From NCBI GenBank assembly GCA_026705445.1, contig JAPPAR010000001.1, positions 8,030 to 72,029 on the forward strand: 64,000 nt of DNA. Direction: 5' to 3'. Position numbers and translations under genes: made by a program. The stretch comes from Candidatus Dadabacteria bacterium. Its GTDB lineage: Bacteria > Desulfobacterota_D > UBA1144 > Nemesobacterales > Nemesobacteraceae. Below are positions 29,551 to 38,978 of this stretch, one piece after another. Under the pieces are notes generated by a model. It saw only the letters and a list, made by a program, of their open reading frames with translations, had not been told where the DNA came from and did not search any database. Numbering within the stretch: position 1 is the first letter of the stretch; every line of letters begins with the position of its first letter.

Positions 29551-31044
29551 TTGTCCACCGAGATAAAAATAGATGATGAAGACATCGCCCGGGAGATGGA
29601 ACGTTACGTTTCGAATCTCGACAGGGATATCTACACCATAAGCAACATTCCCGAGGAAGTCGTTGCCGTCATCTTCGCCTACGTAAGCAGAAGCCCCAAA
29701 AGTTTCAGGGAAAACATAGACACCGTGATAAGGGAGCAGGAGATGGGGAGGGACAGGGCGGAGAAGTTCCACGAGAAGTGGGTTCTTAACTACGGTCACG
29801 CTTCTGTTGCCGAGCACGCGACCGTGCACATAGGCGTTGAGAGGGTTTCAAGACTTTTCTCTTCCCTGCTTGAATGCGCAAACGAATTCCTCTCGTTTAC
29901 CGAATACTCGCAGAGATACCAGAGACCCCGCAAAGGCGATAACTATATCCCCCAAGAGCTTGACTCGCGCCCAGCCCTTAAAAAAGAGTTCGAGGAGCTT
30001 TGCGATTTTCAGTACGAGGTTTACTCGAGACTCAACACCGAGCTCTTTGATTTTCTGAAAAAAAAGTTTCCCGTTCCCGAAGACAAGGAGGAAAGAGCCC
30101 ATTTCAGGGCGCTTGAGAAAATAGCGTTTGAGGACGCAAGGTACGCCCTTAATCTCTCAACGCTTACGAATCTCGGCATGACGGCAAACGCAAGAGCCAT
30201 GGAGCAGACCATCTCCGCTCTTCTTTCAAGCCGCTACCTTGAGGCAAGAAATAGGGCCGAAGAGATAAAAAGCGAGGTCAGGTTCTCGGTTCCGACGCTT
30301 GTTAAGTACGCCAATGAGAACCCCTACATGGTCAGAACGCGAGAGGCACTCGAGGAGTTCTCGCGTAGTCTCGGCGACGCTGGAAAAAGCGCACCCGGTA
30401 ACGGATCCTCGGTTACTCTTTTTGACTACACGGGGCGGGGAAAGGAAAATCCCCAGGCCGAGGCTTTAAGGGAGATCGCAAGAGGGCTTCTTTTCGAATT
30501 CTCGGGGCTTTCAGTCGGAGATATAGAAAGGCACCTTTCCGAAAGCACCCCGGAGCTCAGGAAGATTTTTCTGATGGCCGTCCAGGAACTCGGAAAGCAC
30601 GACAACCCAGTGGGCATATTCAAATCTATTAACTACAACGCTGAGTTCGTCCTGAGCGAGGCAGCGTGGCATCAGCTGCTCAGGCACAGGAAAGTCAGCT
30701 GGACCATAAAGGAGCCTTCCGTGGGGGAAGGCGTGACGGTTCCACCGCATGTTACGGAATCGGGGACGGAGGAGCTTCTGCTCGAAGCCGTCGGGCGAAG
30801 CGAGCGGTTCTACGGGGAACTCGTTGACGCCGGTTTTCGCGACGTGGCAAGCTACGTTGTCACAAACGCCCACAACAGGAGAGTCTGCGGCAGCTTCGAC
30901 CTCTGGGAGCTGTACCACCTGACGAACCTGCGGATGTCGGAGGGGGCGCAATGGGACATAAAGAACGTCATTGAGCAGCTTGCCCAGGAAACTGACAAAG
31001 TGCACCCGGTCTTTGTTCGTTCCGCTTTGAAAAGGGTTAGCTAA
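29551..31044 (+). CDS. thyX: FAD-dependent thymidylate synthase, tandem two-domain type
   Basis: YGHASVAEH, EYSQRY, EDARY in domain 1; QLLRHR and AQWDI in domain 2. Confidence 0.85.
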   Translation: MSTEIKIDDEDIAREMERYVSNLDRDIYTISNIPEEVVAVIFAYVSRSPKSFRENIDTVIREQEMGRDRAEKFHEKWVLNYGHASVAEHATVHIGVERVSRLFSSLLECANEFLSFTEYSQRYQRPRKGDNYIPQELDSRPALKKEFEELCDFQYEVYSRLNTELFDFLKKKFPVPEDKEERAHFRALEKIAFEDARYALNLSTLTNLGMTANARAMEQTISALLSSRYLEARNRAEEIKSEVRFSVPTLVKYANENPYMVRTREALEEFSRSLGDAGKSAPGNGSSVTLFDYTGRGKENPQAEALREIARGLLFEFSGLSVGDIERHLSESTPELRKIFLMAVQELGKHDNPVGIFKSINYNAEFVLSEAAWHQLLRHRKVSWTIKEPSVGEGVTVPPHVTESGTEELLLEAVGRSERFYGELVDAGFRDVASYVVTNAHNRRVCGSFDLWELYHLTNLRMSEGAQWDIKNVIEQLAQETDKVHPVFVRSALKRVS

Positions 31045-31065
31045 GAAAGAAAAAGGGGTAGTCTG

Positions 31066-31284
31066 ATGTCGCTTCAGCCTGTAAGAAGATGTGAAGAGTG
31101 CGGTTACGAGACCACGGCGAAAACGGATATATGCCTTTCCTGCGGAGAGAGGATGCGACGCAGGGTGAAAGGTGGGATCAGGGGACTTATTCGAAGCCTG
31201 GTACTTATAGCGGTTGCGATTTACATACTTTTGTCCGCGTTTAAGGTTTTCGGATTATCACTGGCGGTGAGATGCTGTGGCTGA
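31066..31284 (+). CDS. Small zinc-ribbon membrane protein
   Basis: CEECG..CLSCG followed by one TM helix; AGGGG RBS. Confidence 0.55.
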   Translation: MSLQPVRRCEECGYETTAKTDICLSCGERMRRRVKGGIRGLIRSLVLIAVAIYILLSAFKVFGLSLAVRCCG

Positions 31285-31774
31285 TTCTGAGCACGTCTCG
31301 AAGGTACAAGAGGGTACGGCCGCGTGGAACCGGTGGCGGGTGGAGGAGCCCGATGTTATCCCGGATCTTGGCTGGGCGAATCTTAACGGGATTAACCTTG
31401 ACGGTGCCGTGTTTGCGAAGTCAGCTCTCAAGCTTGCTTTCTGCAAGGGGTGCAGCTTGGTAGGCGTGGATTTTTCCGAGGCGAACATGCGCGGAGTGAA
31501 CCTTGAGGGTTGCGATCTTCGGGGCGCGGTATTCAGGGGCGCCAACCTTGAAGGGGCCCACATGCTGGGCGCTGACCTTACGGGTGCCGATTTCGCCGGA
31601 GCTAACCTCAAGCTTGCGAATTTCGACGGGGCGATTCTCAGGGATGCCAATCTTACCGGCGTGAGGAAATTGCGTGCATCCCAGTTGTTTCATCTCAAGG
31701 ACCTTGGGAATCTCAAGGTTTCAGACGAAATCCTTGAAAAGGTGAAAACTCAGTCTCCGCATCTGTTTGAGTGA
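31277..31774 (+). CDS. Pentapeptide repeat protein
   Basis: WNRWR..PDL..ANL followed by A(D/N)L/Fxx repeats. Confidence 0.9.
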   Translation: MADSEHVSKVQEGTAAWNRWRVEEPDVIPDLGWANLNGINLDGAVFAKSALKLAFCKGCSLVGVDFSEANMRGVNLEGCDLRGAVFRGANLEGAHMLGADLTGADFAGANLKLANFDGAILRDANLTGVRKLRASQLFHLKDLGNLKVSDEILEKVKTQSPHLFE

Positions 31775-31851
31775 CTTTTCCCTCATCTTTTAACTGTTTT
31801 CCGTTTCGTGTCTTGCCAACGTCTGCCCGACCGATTAATTTACGTTTAAGA

Positions 31852-33003
31852 ATGGACAGGAAAATCTACAGCGTATCGGAACTCAATTCCTCGATAAAGG
31901 ATGCGATTGAACTTGAGTTCGGCGGGGAGACGGTATGGGTCGCAGGGGAGATTTCCGGTTTCAAGGGGCATTACGCAAGTGGCCACTGGTATTTCTCCCT
32001 GAAGGACAAGCAGAGCCAGATCTCCGCAGTCTGCTTCAGAGGTAGTAACCAGCAGATAAAGTTTGTACCGGAGAACGGGATGGACGTCATCTGCGCCGCG
32101 CGCGTTGGAGTTTATGAGAAAGACGGCAAGTACCAGTTGTACGTAAGCGCGATGGAGCCGAAGGGAGTGGGTGCCGACGCGCTCGCGCTTGAAAAACTCA
32201 AGCAGAAGCTTTTCGAAGAAGGACTTTTTGACGACTCGAAAAAACGCCCCCTTCCTTTTCTCTCCCGCAGAATAGGGGTAGTTACCTCTCCTTCGGGAGC
32301 TGCCGTGAGGGACTTTCTCAAAGTCGTATACAGGAGGTTTCCTAATGTTGAGGTTGTTATTTCCCCCGCAAGCGTTCAGGGAGATAGCGCCCCGGCCGAG
32401 ATAACAAGAGCTCTTGATAGGCTCTACGGCATGGATGACCTCGATCTTATAGTTGTAACTAGGGGAGGGGGATCGAAAGAGGATCTCAGGGCCTTTAACG
32501 ACGAGGGGATTGCGAGAAAAATTGCTTCTTCCCCCTTTCCAGTGATCTCTGCCGTGGGTCACGAGGTGGACATGACTATAGCTGACCTGGTATCCGATGT
32601 GAGAGCAGCTACCCCTTCAGTAGCCGCGGAATTTGCCGTAAGGGAAAAAGGAGAAATCCTCGAAAACCTGGCACAACTTCGCCTTAGGTTAAGCCGTTCC
32701 CTCACGAACCGTGTCGATATGTTCTCCATGCAGCTTGACAGGCTCGCAGCTGGTTTCAGGCATCATATGACCTCGCGGATCGAGAACCTTGAACGACGCA
32801 TCGAAAATTACTCCGGGAAACTTACCTCCCTGAACCCTTTCAGCGTTCTTGAGAGGGGGTACGCCATAGTCTCAAAAGAAGAAAGCGGAGAGATAGTGCA
32901 GGATTCCCGGACGCTTGAACTCAAGGAAAAACTGGTTTTAAGGCTGAGCAAGGGCAGGGCGTTTTGCAGCGTTGAGGGAACGGAGAACGAACCGCAGGTC
33001 TGA
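31852..33003 (+). CDS. xseA: Exodeoxyribonuclease VII large subunit
   Basis: SGHWYFSLKD, RGGGSKEDL, SAVGHEVD, TPSVAAE. Confidence 0.95.
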   Translation: MDRKIYSVSELNSSIKDAIELEFGGETVWVAGEISGFKGHYASGHWYFSLKDKQSQISAVCFRGSNQQIKFVPENGMDVICAARVGVYEKDGKYQLYVSAMEPKGVGADALALEKLKQKLFEEGLFDDSKKRPLPFLSRRIGVVTSPSGAAVRDFLKVVYRRFPNVEVVISPASVQGDSAPAEITRALDRLYGMDDLDLIVVTRGGGSKEDLRAFNDEGIARKIASSPFPVISAVGHEVDMTIADLVSDVRAATPSVAAEFAVREKGEILENLAQLRLRLSRSLTNRVDMFSMQLDRLAAGFRHHMTSRIENLERRIENYSGKLTSLNPFSVLERGYAIVSKEESGEIVQDSRTLELKEKLVLRLSKGRAFCSVEGTENEPQV

Positions 33004-33006
33004 TCT

Positions 33007-34002
33007 TCAGGGAACGACCGAAAGACTGTTAAGCTTGACGACGGATATGTTCTGCGCAAGCAGCAGGTCCCTTGTTCTCTCTGGCGGCAGGGCATCTGTA
33101 AGCAGAAGCCTTATTCTTCCTCCGAGATCGCTTCTGAGATTTCCTCCCGAACCGTTTTCGCCCTGGAGACTGTTAACGACATTTTCGATCTCGGCACCCG
33201 GAAGAAGAAGCATAACCGGCATTATCTCGGGAACATCGAGGAAAAAGTCTTCGGTGCCTTCCGCAATGGCTCCCCTGGCTGAGGTCTGCAGGTTAAGCAA
33301 GTTGGCGAATTTGGAAAAAGAACCGTAGCCGGGAAGGTAGGAGAATGTCTGATCTTCGACTGAGATTTCTCCCAATTCCTGTTCTGAGAGGCGCAGGAGA
33401 TCGAGTATGTCTCCATGGGAAAAGGTTTTACTCTCGGCCGCCGCTGCCCCCGCGTCAAATATTACGGCTGGGGAGTCTTCTTTTACCGAGCTTCCAATCG
33501 CGCTTATTTCGTCCTTGAGCTTTTTCCTGCCGAGAAAGCCGAATTTTACAACGTTCGAGTAGCTGACTGTCTTTCCCTCCACGGGAATCTTTTCGTTTGC
33601 GCTTAGAAAAACCTTTTCTATTTTTTCTCCGAGCGCCGAGGTCTCGACGAGTTCTCGCGCCTCAGCCGCGCTTGCGCAAAGAAAAAAGCAGTTTCCGGAT
33701 GAGTTCACAAGGATTTCCCTTGCTTCCTTCATGTTCCTCGCGGGAAGACAGATTCCTCCCAGCGCGAATACCGCCAGTTCGAAAAAAAGACACGCCAGTG
33801 TATTGGGCGAGAGAACAACGATTCTGCTCCCCGTTGAGAAGCCCGAATTCAGAAGAAAGCAGGCTATGCTTTCAACCTCGGTGACAAGATCGGGCCAGGT
33901 GATCTGTTTCCAGCTCCATCCGTCTTTTTTCTGAAACAGCAATCTTGAGCCGTTTTCCTTTGTCCTTCGTACGAGAAAATTGCGGAAGTTCCTTTCGTTC
34001 AT
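33007..34002 (-). CDS. Truncated, degenerate AMP-binding (long-chain acyl-CoA synthetase-like) protein
   Basis: N-terminal FadD-like 'WKQITW', 'SYLP', 'LGGRIRLL'; P-loop degenerate; no C-terminal domain. Confidence 0.6.
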   Translation of the reverse strand: MNERNFRNFLVRRTKENGSRLLFQKKDGWSWKQITWPDLVTEVESIACFLLNSGFSTGSRIVVLSPNTLACLFFELAVFALGGICLPARNMKEAREILVNSSGNCFFLCASAAEARELVETSALGEKIEKVFLSANEKIPVEGKTVSYSNVVKFGFLGRKKLKDEISAIGSSVKEDSPAVIFDAGAAAAESKTFSHGDILDLLRLSEQELGEISVEDQTFSYLPGYGSFSKFANLLNLQTSARGAIAEGTEDFFLDVPEIMPVMLLLPGAEIENVVNSLQGENGSGGNLRSDLGGRIRLLLTDALPPERTRDLLLAQNISVVKLNSLSVVP

Positions 34003-34089
34003 TCTTGTCCGGACCGCCTTTGCGGATTGTGATTCGGGTAGAATTAAAAACTATAATTTAACCGTTTTGCAGGCCATGGTGGCGAATTT

Positions 34090-35436
34090 ATGAAAAGGGA
34101 ACTTGATTTCGAGAAGAAAAATTTCGCGGGGGCGCTTGAAATCGTAAAGACTCTCGGGGAGAGAGGATACGAGGCTTTCTTCGTGGGCGGCTGCGTGCGC
34201 GACGCCCTGCTCGGCGTTGAGTGCGACGAGATTGATATAGCGACAAGCGCGACTCCGGAGCAGGTGCAGCAGGCGTTTTCAAAGACCGTGGCGGTGGGGA
34301 AGAGCTTCGGCGTGGTGCTGGTGATAAAAGGAGACATGAAGTTCGAGGTTGCCACCTTCAGGAAGGAATCGAGTTACGGTGACGGAAGGCACCCGGAACA
34401 CGTCGATTACACGAAAAGTGCGCAAGAAGACGTCCGCAGAAGGGATTTTACGATAAACGGGATGCTCTACGATCCAGTTTCTGGGGAGCTCTACGATTAC
34501 GTGGGTGGTATCGGGGACCTTGAGCGGAGGCTTGTCAGGACCATAGGAGATCCCGAGGAAAGGTTCGGTGAGGACAGGCTTAGAATGATTAGAGCGGTGC
34601 GGTTCGCTTCATGTCTTGATTTTGAGCTTGACGGAGAAGCCCTTTCCGCTATACGCGACAAGGCCGCCGCGATATCCGTTGTGAGCGGGGAGAGAATACG
34701 TGAAGAACTCGTCAAGATACTCACCCGCCGGAATCCGGGGAACGGACTCAGGCTTCTTAGCTCCAGCGGTCTTCTTGAACATTTTCTCCCGGAAGTCGAA
34801 TGTATGCACGGAGTTCGCCAGCCCCCTCAGTTCCATCCCGAGGGAGACGTGTTTGAGCATACCTGCCTTATAATGGACATGCTCTACGGCAACACCGACG
34901 GTCTCTACTCGGAGGAGCTTGCCGTCGCCGCGCTTCTCCATGACGTTGGCAAGCCGCCTACTTACAGCGAGTCTGACAGGATAAGGTTCAACGGACACGA
35001 CAGGGTAGGGGCCAGGATGTCTGAAGGCATCTGCAGGAGGCTAAGATTCTCCAAAAAGCAGATAAAGAGAATTTCCGAGCTTATCCTTGAGCATCTTAAG
35101 TTCAAGGATGTTTTCAACATGAGAGAAAGCACTCTTAAAAGGTTTCTTTCCCTTCCGTATTTTGAGGAGCACATGCAGATGCATCTTGCTGACTGCATGG
35201 CAAGTCACGGACAAACCGACGCTTACGATTTCATCAGGGAAAAGATGGAAGAGTATGGAAGGGAGGAAATAAAACCCCCGCCGCTTCTCAGCGGACAGGA
35301 TCTTATAGGTCTCGGATATTCTCCCGGTCCCGTTTTTTCGGAAATACTGGGAAAGGTGGAAGAACTCCAGCTTGAAAACAGGCTTGTCTCGAAAGAGGAA
35401 GCTCTAGATTTTGTACTGAAGAATTACCCAAAATAG
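34090..35436 (+). CDS. cca: CCA tRNA nucleotidyltransferase with HD domain
   Basis: VGGCVRD..EIDIAT, RRDFTIN, EDRLRMIRAVRF, HPEGDV, LLHDVGK. Confidence 0.88.
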   Translation: MKRELDFEKKNFAGALEIVKTLGERGYEAFFVGGCVRDALLGVECDEIDIATSATPEQVQQAFSKTVAVGKSFGVVLVIKGDMKFEVATFRKESSYGDGRHPEHVDYTKSAQEDVRRRDFTINGMLYDPVSGELYDYVGGIGDLERRLVRTIGDPEERFGEDRLRMIRAVRFASCLDFELDGEALSAIRDKAAAISVVSGERIREELVKILTRRNPGNGLRLLSSSGLLEHFLPEVECMHGVRQPPQFHPEGDVFEHTCLIMDMLYGNTDGLYSEELAVAALLHDVGKPPTYSESDRIRFNGHDRVGARMSEGICRRLRFSKKQIKRISELILEHLKFKDVFNMRESTLKRFLSLPYFEEHMQMHLADCMASHGQTDAYDFIREKMEEYGREEIKPPPLLSGQDLIGLGYSPGPVFSEILGKVEELQLENRLVSKEEALDFVLKNYPK

Positions 35437-35531
35437 CCGCGGCTGGCGGTTACGGTTCAAGTTTCGCTTACAATCCGGATAATTTTTCCTGTCTATCCTG
35501 CATGAAGCCGCATGATTCGCTTGTTAATGTT

Positions 35532-36752
35532 TTAACTGCTTCGGATTGCCGTGGCGTAGATATCCATATCCCTGGAGTTCATACCTAACCGACGTGCTGT
35601 GCTTTGCCAGCTTTTCAGAGCAGCCGATATTTCATCAATTATTGCCTCGGCCTGTTTTTTTTTCAGACCGAAAAACGGTGCTGCCTCTCGTGCCAGATCG
35701 AGATCGGCTTCAGGCCCTTGTTCCGAGATCCAGGTTGTAAGTTCCCGGGCTTTTTCCGCAAGTGGTACGGGATTCAGGTCGTAGGCGGGCGAGAGACGCC
35801 ATCTGCTGTTGCGGTCGTAAAGGAATCCGTGGTTGCGCAGGTGATCATCGAGGTTGCCAATAAGAACATTGAAAACAACCCTTTTCCAGAGTTCGTTCAG
35901 GTCTTGCGTCGGCGAACTCGAATACATGCGTATGATCTCCGCGATGTCGGTGTAAGTTCCTTCGTCTCCGTCGTTCAGCCCTAGAAGGCTCATGGCCGAG
36001 AGAAACGGGATACGTTGGTTTCTCACTCGGTCAAAGCGTCGAATCAGTGCCACTGGCCGGCCGACAACATCCAGCAGCCTGGCGTCTGCCACGGTTAGCC
36101 CCACTTGGCGTGCCAAAGTCATCGCCAGCACCTCTCCATGCGGTATGCTCCTGTCGTCATCGGGTTTTGGAAACTTGGCGATTGCCAGAGAACCGTCTTT
36201 GTCCTCTACCGCGGATTTGGGGCGGGCGCCGCCGAGCGGGGAGCCTTCATTCAAAAGCAATTTAAGATCTTCTGCCGTTTCAGTATTGGTATGCACCGCA
36301 TCAGCCGCGTTGATAAGTGCCGGCAACTGGATCAGGGGAGGTACACGAAAATTGGCGATATGATGATCAAAAGAGTCTTCTCCCTCGCGTCTGAAGCGCA
36401 GCGCGCCGATACGCGTATGATCCGTGACCCCTAGCAGGTAATCGATTTCTGAAAGGGTTCGCCTTTCCCCAGCTTTACCGAGGGCGCGTCTGATAAGTTG
36501 CCTGCCCCACCGATCGGGTGCCGCGTCACGGAGCGCTCCCGGCAGCGCAGATTTATCTGAAGAAGTGTAAAACGCTCCTTCCCGGAGCGGCAGGTTCTCA
36601 GGATCAATCGCAAAAGCGTTTGTTCCACGGAGCCATTCGTCTGCGTATTCGAACGCCGAACTTTGGCTGTGACGCCTGTTGATATAGCGAAGGCGTCCTA
36701 CAATGCTGGTGCCGTCGGGCGTATCAATATGGACTTCGATCGTCTCACTCAT
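35532..36752 (-). CDS. hipA: Type II toxin-antitoxin HipA family kinase toxin
   Basis: PDRWGR, GSPLGGARPK, RRFDR, GNLDDHLRNHGF, LSPAYDLNP. Confidence 0.93.
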   Translation of the reverse strand: MSETIEVHIDTPDGTSIVGRLRYINRRHSQSSAFEYADEWLRGTNAFAIDPENLPLREGAFYTSSDKSALPGALRDAAPDRWGRQLIRRALGKAGERRTLSEIDYLLGVTDHTRIGALRFRREGEDSFDHHIANFRVPPLIQLPALINAADAVHTNTETAEDLKLLLNEGSPLGGARPKSAVEDKDGSLAIAKFPKPDDDRSIPHGEVLAMTLARQVGLTVADARLLDVVGRPVALIRRFDRVRNQRIPFLSAMSLLGLNDGDEGTYTDIAEIIRMYSSSPTQDLNELWKRVVFNVLIGNLDDHLRNHGFLYDRNSRWRLSPAYDLNPVPLAEKARELTTWISEQGPEADLDLAREAAPFFGLKKKQAEAIIDEISAALKSWQSTARRLGMNSRDMDIYATAIRSS

Positions 36753-37090
36753 CAGCGAATCCTTCTGCTTACTCTGCGAACAGGCATGATTTTCTTGGGC
36801 AGGTGGTCCTCGTCAAGATCGAGACCCAGAGGGTCATTGATGCGGTCGGCGACTTCAGCCAGACCTCCGGCAAGACCAAGGATAGCCAAAACCGTCGCAT
36901 AGATGCCCATTGAGACCGTGGGATCACCTTTTTCAACCTTGTAAAGCGTGGAGCGGCTGATGAAGGCACGTTCCGCCATTGAGACCGTCGAAATGCGGCG
37001 TTTCTTGCGCGCAACGACTATATCTGCGCCGAGTTTCACTAAAGCTTGTCGCGCTGCCCGGGGAAGTGTTTCTGGTGCTTGCGATTTCAT
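36752..37090 (-). CDS. XRE-family HTH antitoxin (HipB-like)
   Basis: ARKKRR..MAERAFISRSTLYKVEKGDPTVS; TGATG coupling to hipA. Confidence 0.88.
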   Translation of the reverse strand: MKSQAPETLPRAARQALVKLGADIVVARKKRRISTVSMAERAFISRSTLYKVEKGDPTVSMGIYATVLAILGLAGGLAEVADRINDPLGLDLDEDHLPKKIMPVRRVSRRIR

Positions 37091-37141
37091 TGTCTTATAT
37101 TATTACCAATTAATGCTTATTTGTCTATAATATAAGACAAT
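37089..37141. promoter_or_regulatory. Putative antitoxin operator (15-bp perfect inverted repeat)
   Basis: ATTGTCTTATATTAT (37089-37103) and ATAATATAAGACAAT (37127-37141), overlapping the antitoxin start. Confidence 0.7.
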
Positions 37142-37327
37142 AAATTAAAAAGAGAAGTTATAGTTGTATTGATAGACTTATGATTGGAGTTGGAAAGCTT
37201 TTTCGCAAGCTATACTATATCTTGCGGGTGGTCTGCACAGGAGGCACCGCTGGTACAAAAAAGGCAAGACCCGCAAATAACGGGTCCTTTTTGCGTAGCG
37301 GGCCGTGAAAAAACAGCAGGTAATAAT

Positions 37328-37368
37328 AAGACGGGGAATAACCTTTTTGCTGTGGTATTCCCCGTCTT
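37328..37368 (-). terminator. Stem-loop downstream of atpE, probable terminator
   Basis: AAGACGGGGAATA / TATTCCCCGTCTT 13-bp stem. Confidence 0.6.
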
Positions 37369-37381
37369 TATCTTATGTGCG

Positions 37382-37708
37382 TCAGATTTTTCCCTGAAGC
37401 AGAAACGCTATCAGCAGGGCGTAGATTACCAGAGACTCGATCAGGGCGAGACCGATAATCATGGGCGTCTGGATCTTCGCGGAAGCTCCGGGATTTCTGG
37501 CTATGCCGTCAACAGCAGAAGCCGTGGCGAGTCCCTGACCTACTCCCGCAACGCCTGCGGCTATACCTATGCCTACTCCGGCGCCGATTCCAAGCCCCAT
37601 CTTCGCCAGTTCTCCTAAGCCCCCCTCAGTCGCGGCGAACGCGTCGGGAACGAAAGCACCGAACGAAGCCAGTGCCGCAAGACCTATAAAAGAAAACAAC
37701 CTTTTCAT
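37382..37708 (-). CDS. atpE: ATP synthase Fo subunit c
   Basis: GxGxG stretch, ARNP loop, IESLVIY. Confidence 0.96.
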   Translation of the reverse strand: MKRLFSFIGLAALASFGAFVPDAFAATEGGLGELAKMGLGIGAGVGIGIAAGVAGVGQGLATASAVDGIARNPGASAKIQTPMIIGLALIESLVIYALLIAFLLQGKI

Positions 37709-37729
37709 TTCTTACCTCCTGAATTTATG

Positions 37730-38419
37730 TCAGTGTTCATGCGCTTCGGCAAGCGCGATATATATGGTCGAAAGTATAGTGAATATAAAAGCCTGCAAAA
37801 AAGATACGAAAATACCTAGTCCCACGAAAGCCATGGGAATCAGTATATGCGTGAGGTTGGTAAACACTCCGAGCACCATGTGGTCGCCTGTTATGTTCAT
37901 GAAAAGCCTGAGGGATAGTGACAGAGGCCTTACCAGATGGCTTATAACCTCGATGATCAGCATAAGTGGCGCGAGGAAAATTACCGGGCCCAGAAAATGC
38001 TTGATGTAACCGAGCCCGTGCTCCCTTATTCCGTAGTAGTTGTACATGACGAATATGAGAAGCGAGCACGCTACGGTGGTGTTCAGATTTCCGGTCGGCG
38101 GAAGAAAACCCGGGATCATTCCCAGCAGGTTCGCAAACAGTATGAAGAAAAACGACCCGGCTAGAAGCGGGAAGTACTTCTTCGCCTTTTCACGGGATCC
38201 GAAAACGTTTTCGATCGTGTTGAAAAGAAACTCAAGCCCCACGAGTTCGAAGAAAATGTTCATCGACGGCTTCTCTTCGGGGATTACGGACTCTTCCCTA
38301 GAATAATGCTTTGTTACCCTCAGGCCGACAAACAGTATGAACAGGAGTACCAGCACTCCGCCCAGAATATGGTCGTATTCTATGAGACCGGCGAGGGAAA
38401 ACCAGCTGAAATGTTCCAT
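37730..38419 (-). CDS. atpB: ATP synthase Fo subunit a
   Basis: NLLGMIPG, RPLSLSLRLFMNI, LQAFIF. Confidence 0.96.
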   Translation of the reverse strand: MEHFSWFSLAGLIEYDHILGGVLVLLFILFVGLRVTKHYSREESVIPEEKPSMNIFFELVGLEFLFNTIENVFGSREKAKKYFPLLAGSFFFILFANLLGMIPGFLPPTGNLNTTVACSLLIFVMYNYYGIREHGLGYIKHFLGPVIFLAPLMLIIEVISHLVRPLSLSLRLFMNITGDHMVLGVFTNLTHILIPMAFVGLGIFVSFLQAFIFTILSTIYIALAEAHEH

Positions 38420-38421
38420 GT

Positions 38422-38763
38422 CTAACCCTTCAAACCTTTACCTATTATTACTATCACCACGGAAGTTAAGCCTATCATTAAACCATAAATATTCAGTTTT
38501 GCAAATACGAGTAAAACCGTTATTATCGCAAGCAGCGCGAGCATTTTCATGACTAGTATGAACATGGAAAACGCAAGTGAATATCTTTTTTCCGCAAGCG
38601 CCTTTACGACGAATCTTATGGCTACGTAATCGAGCAGAAAAAGGACCCCCGCAACCGCTATGGCCACCGCCATTTCCCTTTCTCCGATGGCGATATTCAC
38701 GACGAAAAGAAGCGCCGTTACGGCCAGGGACAGTTTCTCAACGCCGAAATCAAGGTTTTTCAT
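38422..38763 (-). CDS. atpI: ATP synthase protein I
   Basis: Four-TM hydrophobic protein directly upstream of atpB. Confidence 0.7.
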   Translation of the reverse strand: MKNLDFGVEKLSLAVTALLFVVNIAIGEREMAVAIAVAGVLFLLDYVAIRFVVKALAEKRYSLAFSMFILVMKMLALLAIITVLLVFAKLNIYGLMIGLTSVVIVIIGKGLKG

Positions 38764-38977
38764 CGTTTCCGTCTTTTCTTTCCTGCCTCAGTTTGAGTGT
38801 CCGTAAAAGCAGGGTCAGTCCCGCTATCACTCCGCACACAAGACCTAGCAGGGTAAAGAAAGGGAAAGCGGTGTCAAGTTTTCCGTCGATGTAGTCGCCG
38901 AGGAAGAGCCCCGCTATGACGGAAAAAGCGAACTCAATTCCGATTACAACGAAAAAAAGCCAGTTAGGATTTCTGAT
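38750..38977 (-). CDS. AtpZ/AtpI-family (ATPase gene 1) protein, absent from the ORF track; no canonical start codon
   Basis: Manual translation IRNPNWLFFVVIGIEFAFSVIAGLFLGDYIDGKLDTAFPFFTLLGLVCGVIAG...KP*; G..LG.YID....T.P.F.L.GL pattern. Confidence 0.75.
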   Translation of the reverse strand: MRNPNWLFFVVIGIEFAFSVIAGLFLGDYIDGKLDTAFPFFTLLGLVCGVIAGLTLLLRTLKLRQERKDGNDEKP

Positions 38978-38978
38978 T

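Noticed and set aside
29551-31044. Double-length ThyX
   Set aside because: Tandem-domain ThyX proteins are already known (for example in Chlamydia)
31277-31774. Periodic sequence in this ORF
   Set aside because: Explained by ordinary pentapeptide repeats
37382-38977. Fo genes without atpF/H/A/G/D/C, and a long c subunit with a partial Na+-type signature (Q...ES..Y)
   Set aside because: Split atp operons and extended c subunits are common in Deltaproteobacteria-like lineages; the Thr of the Na+ motif is absent, so ion specificity cannot be called
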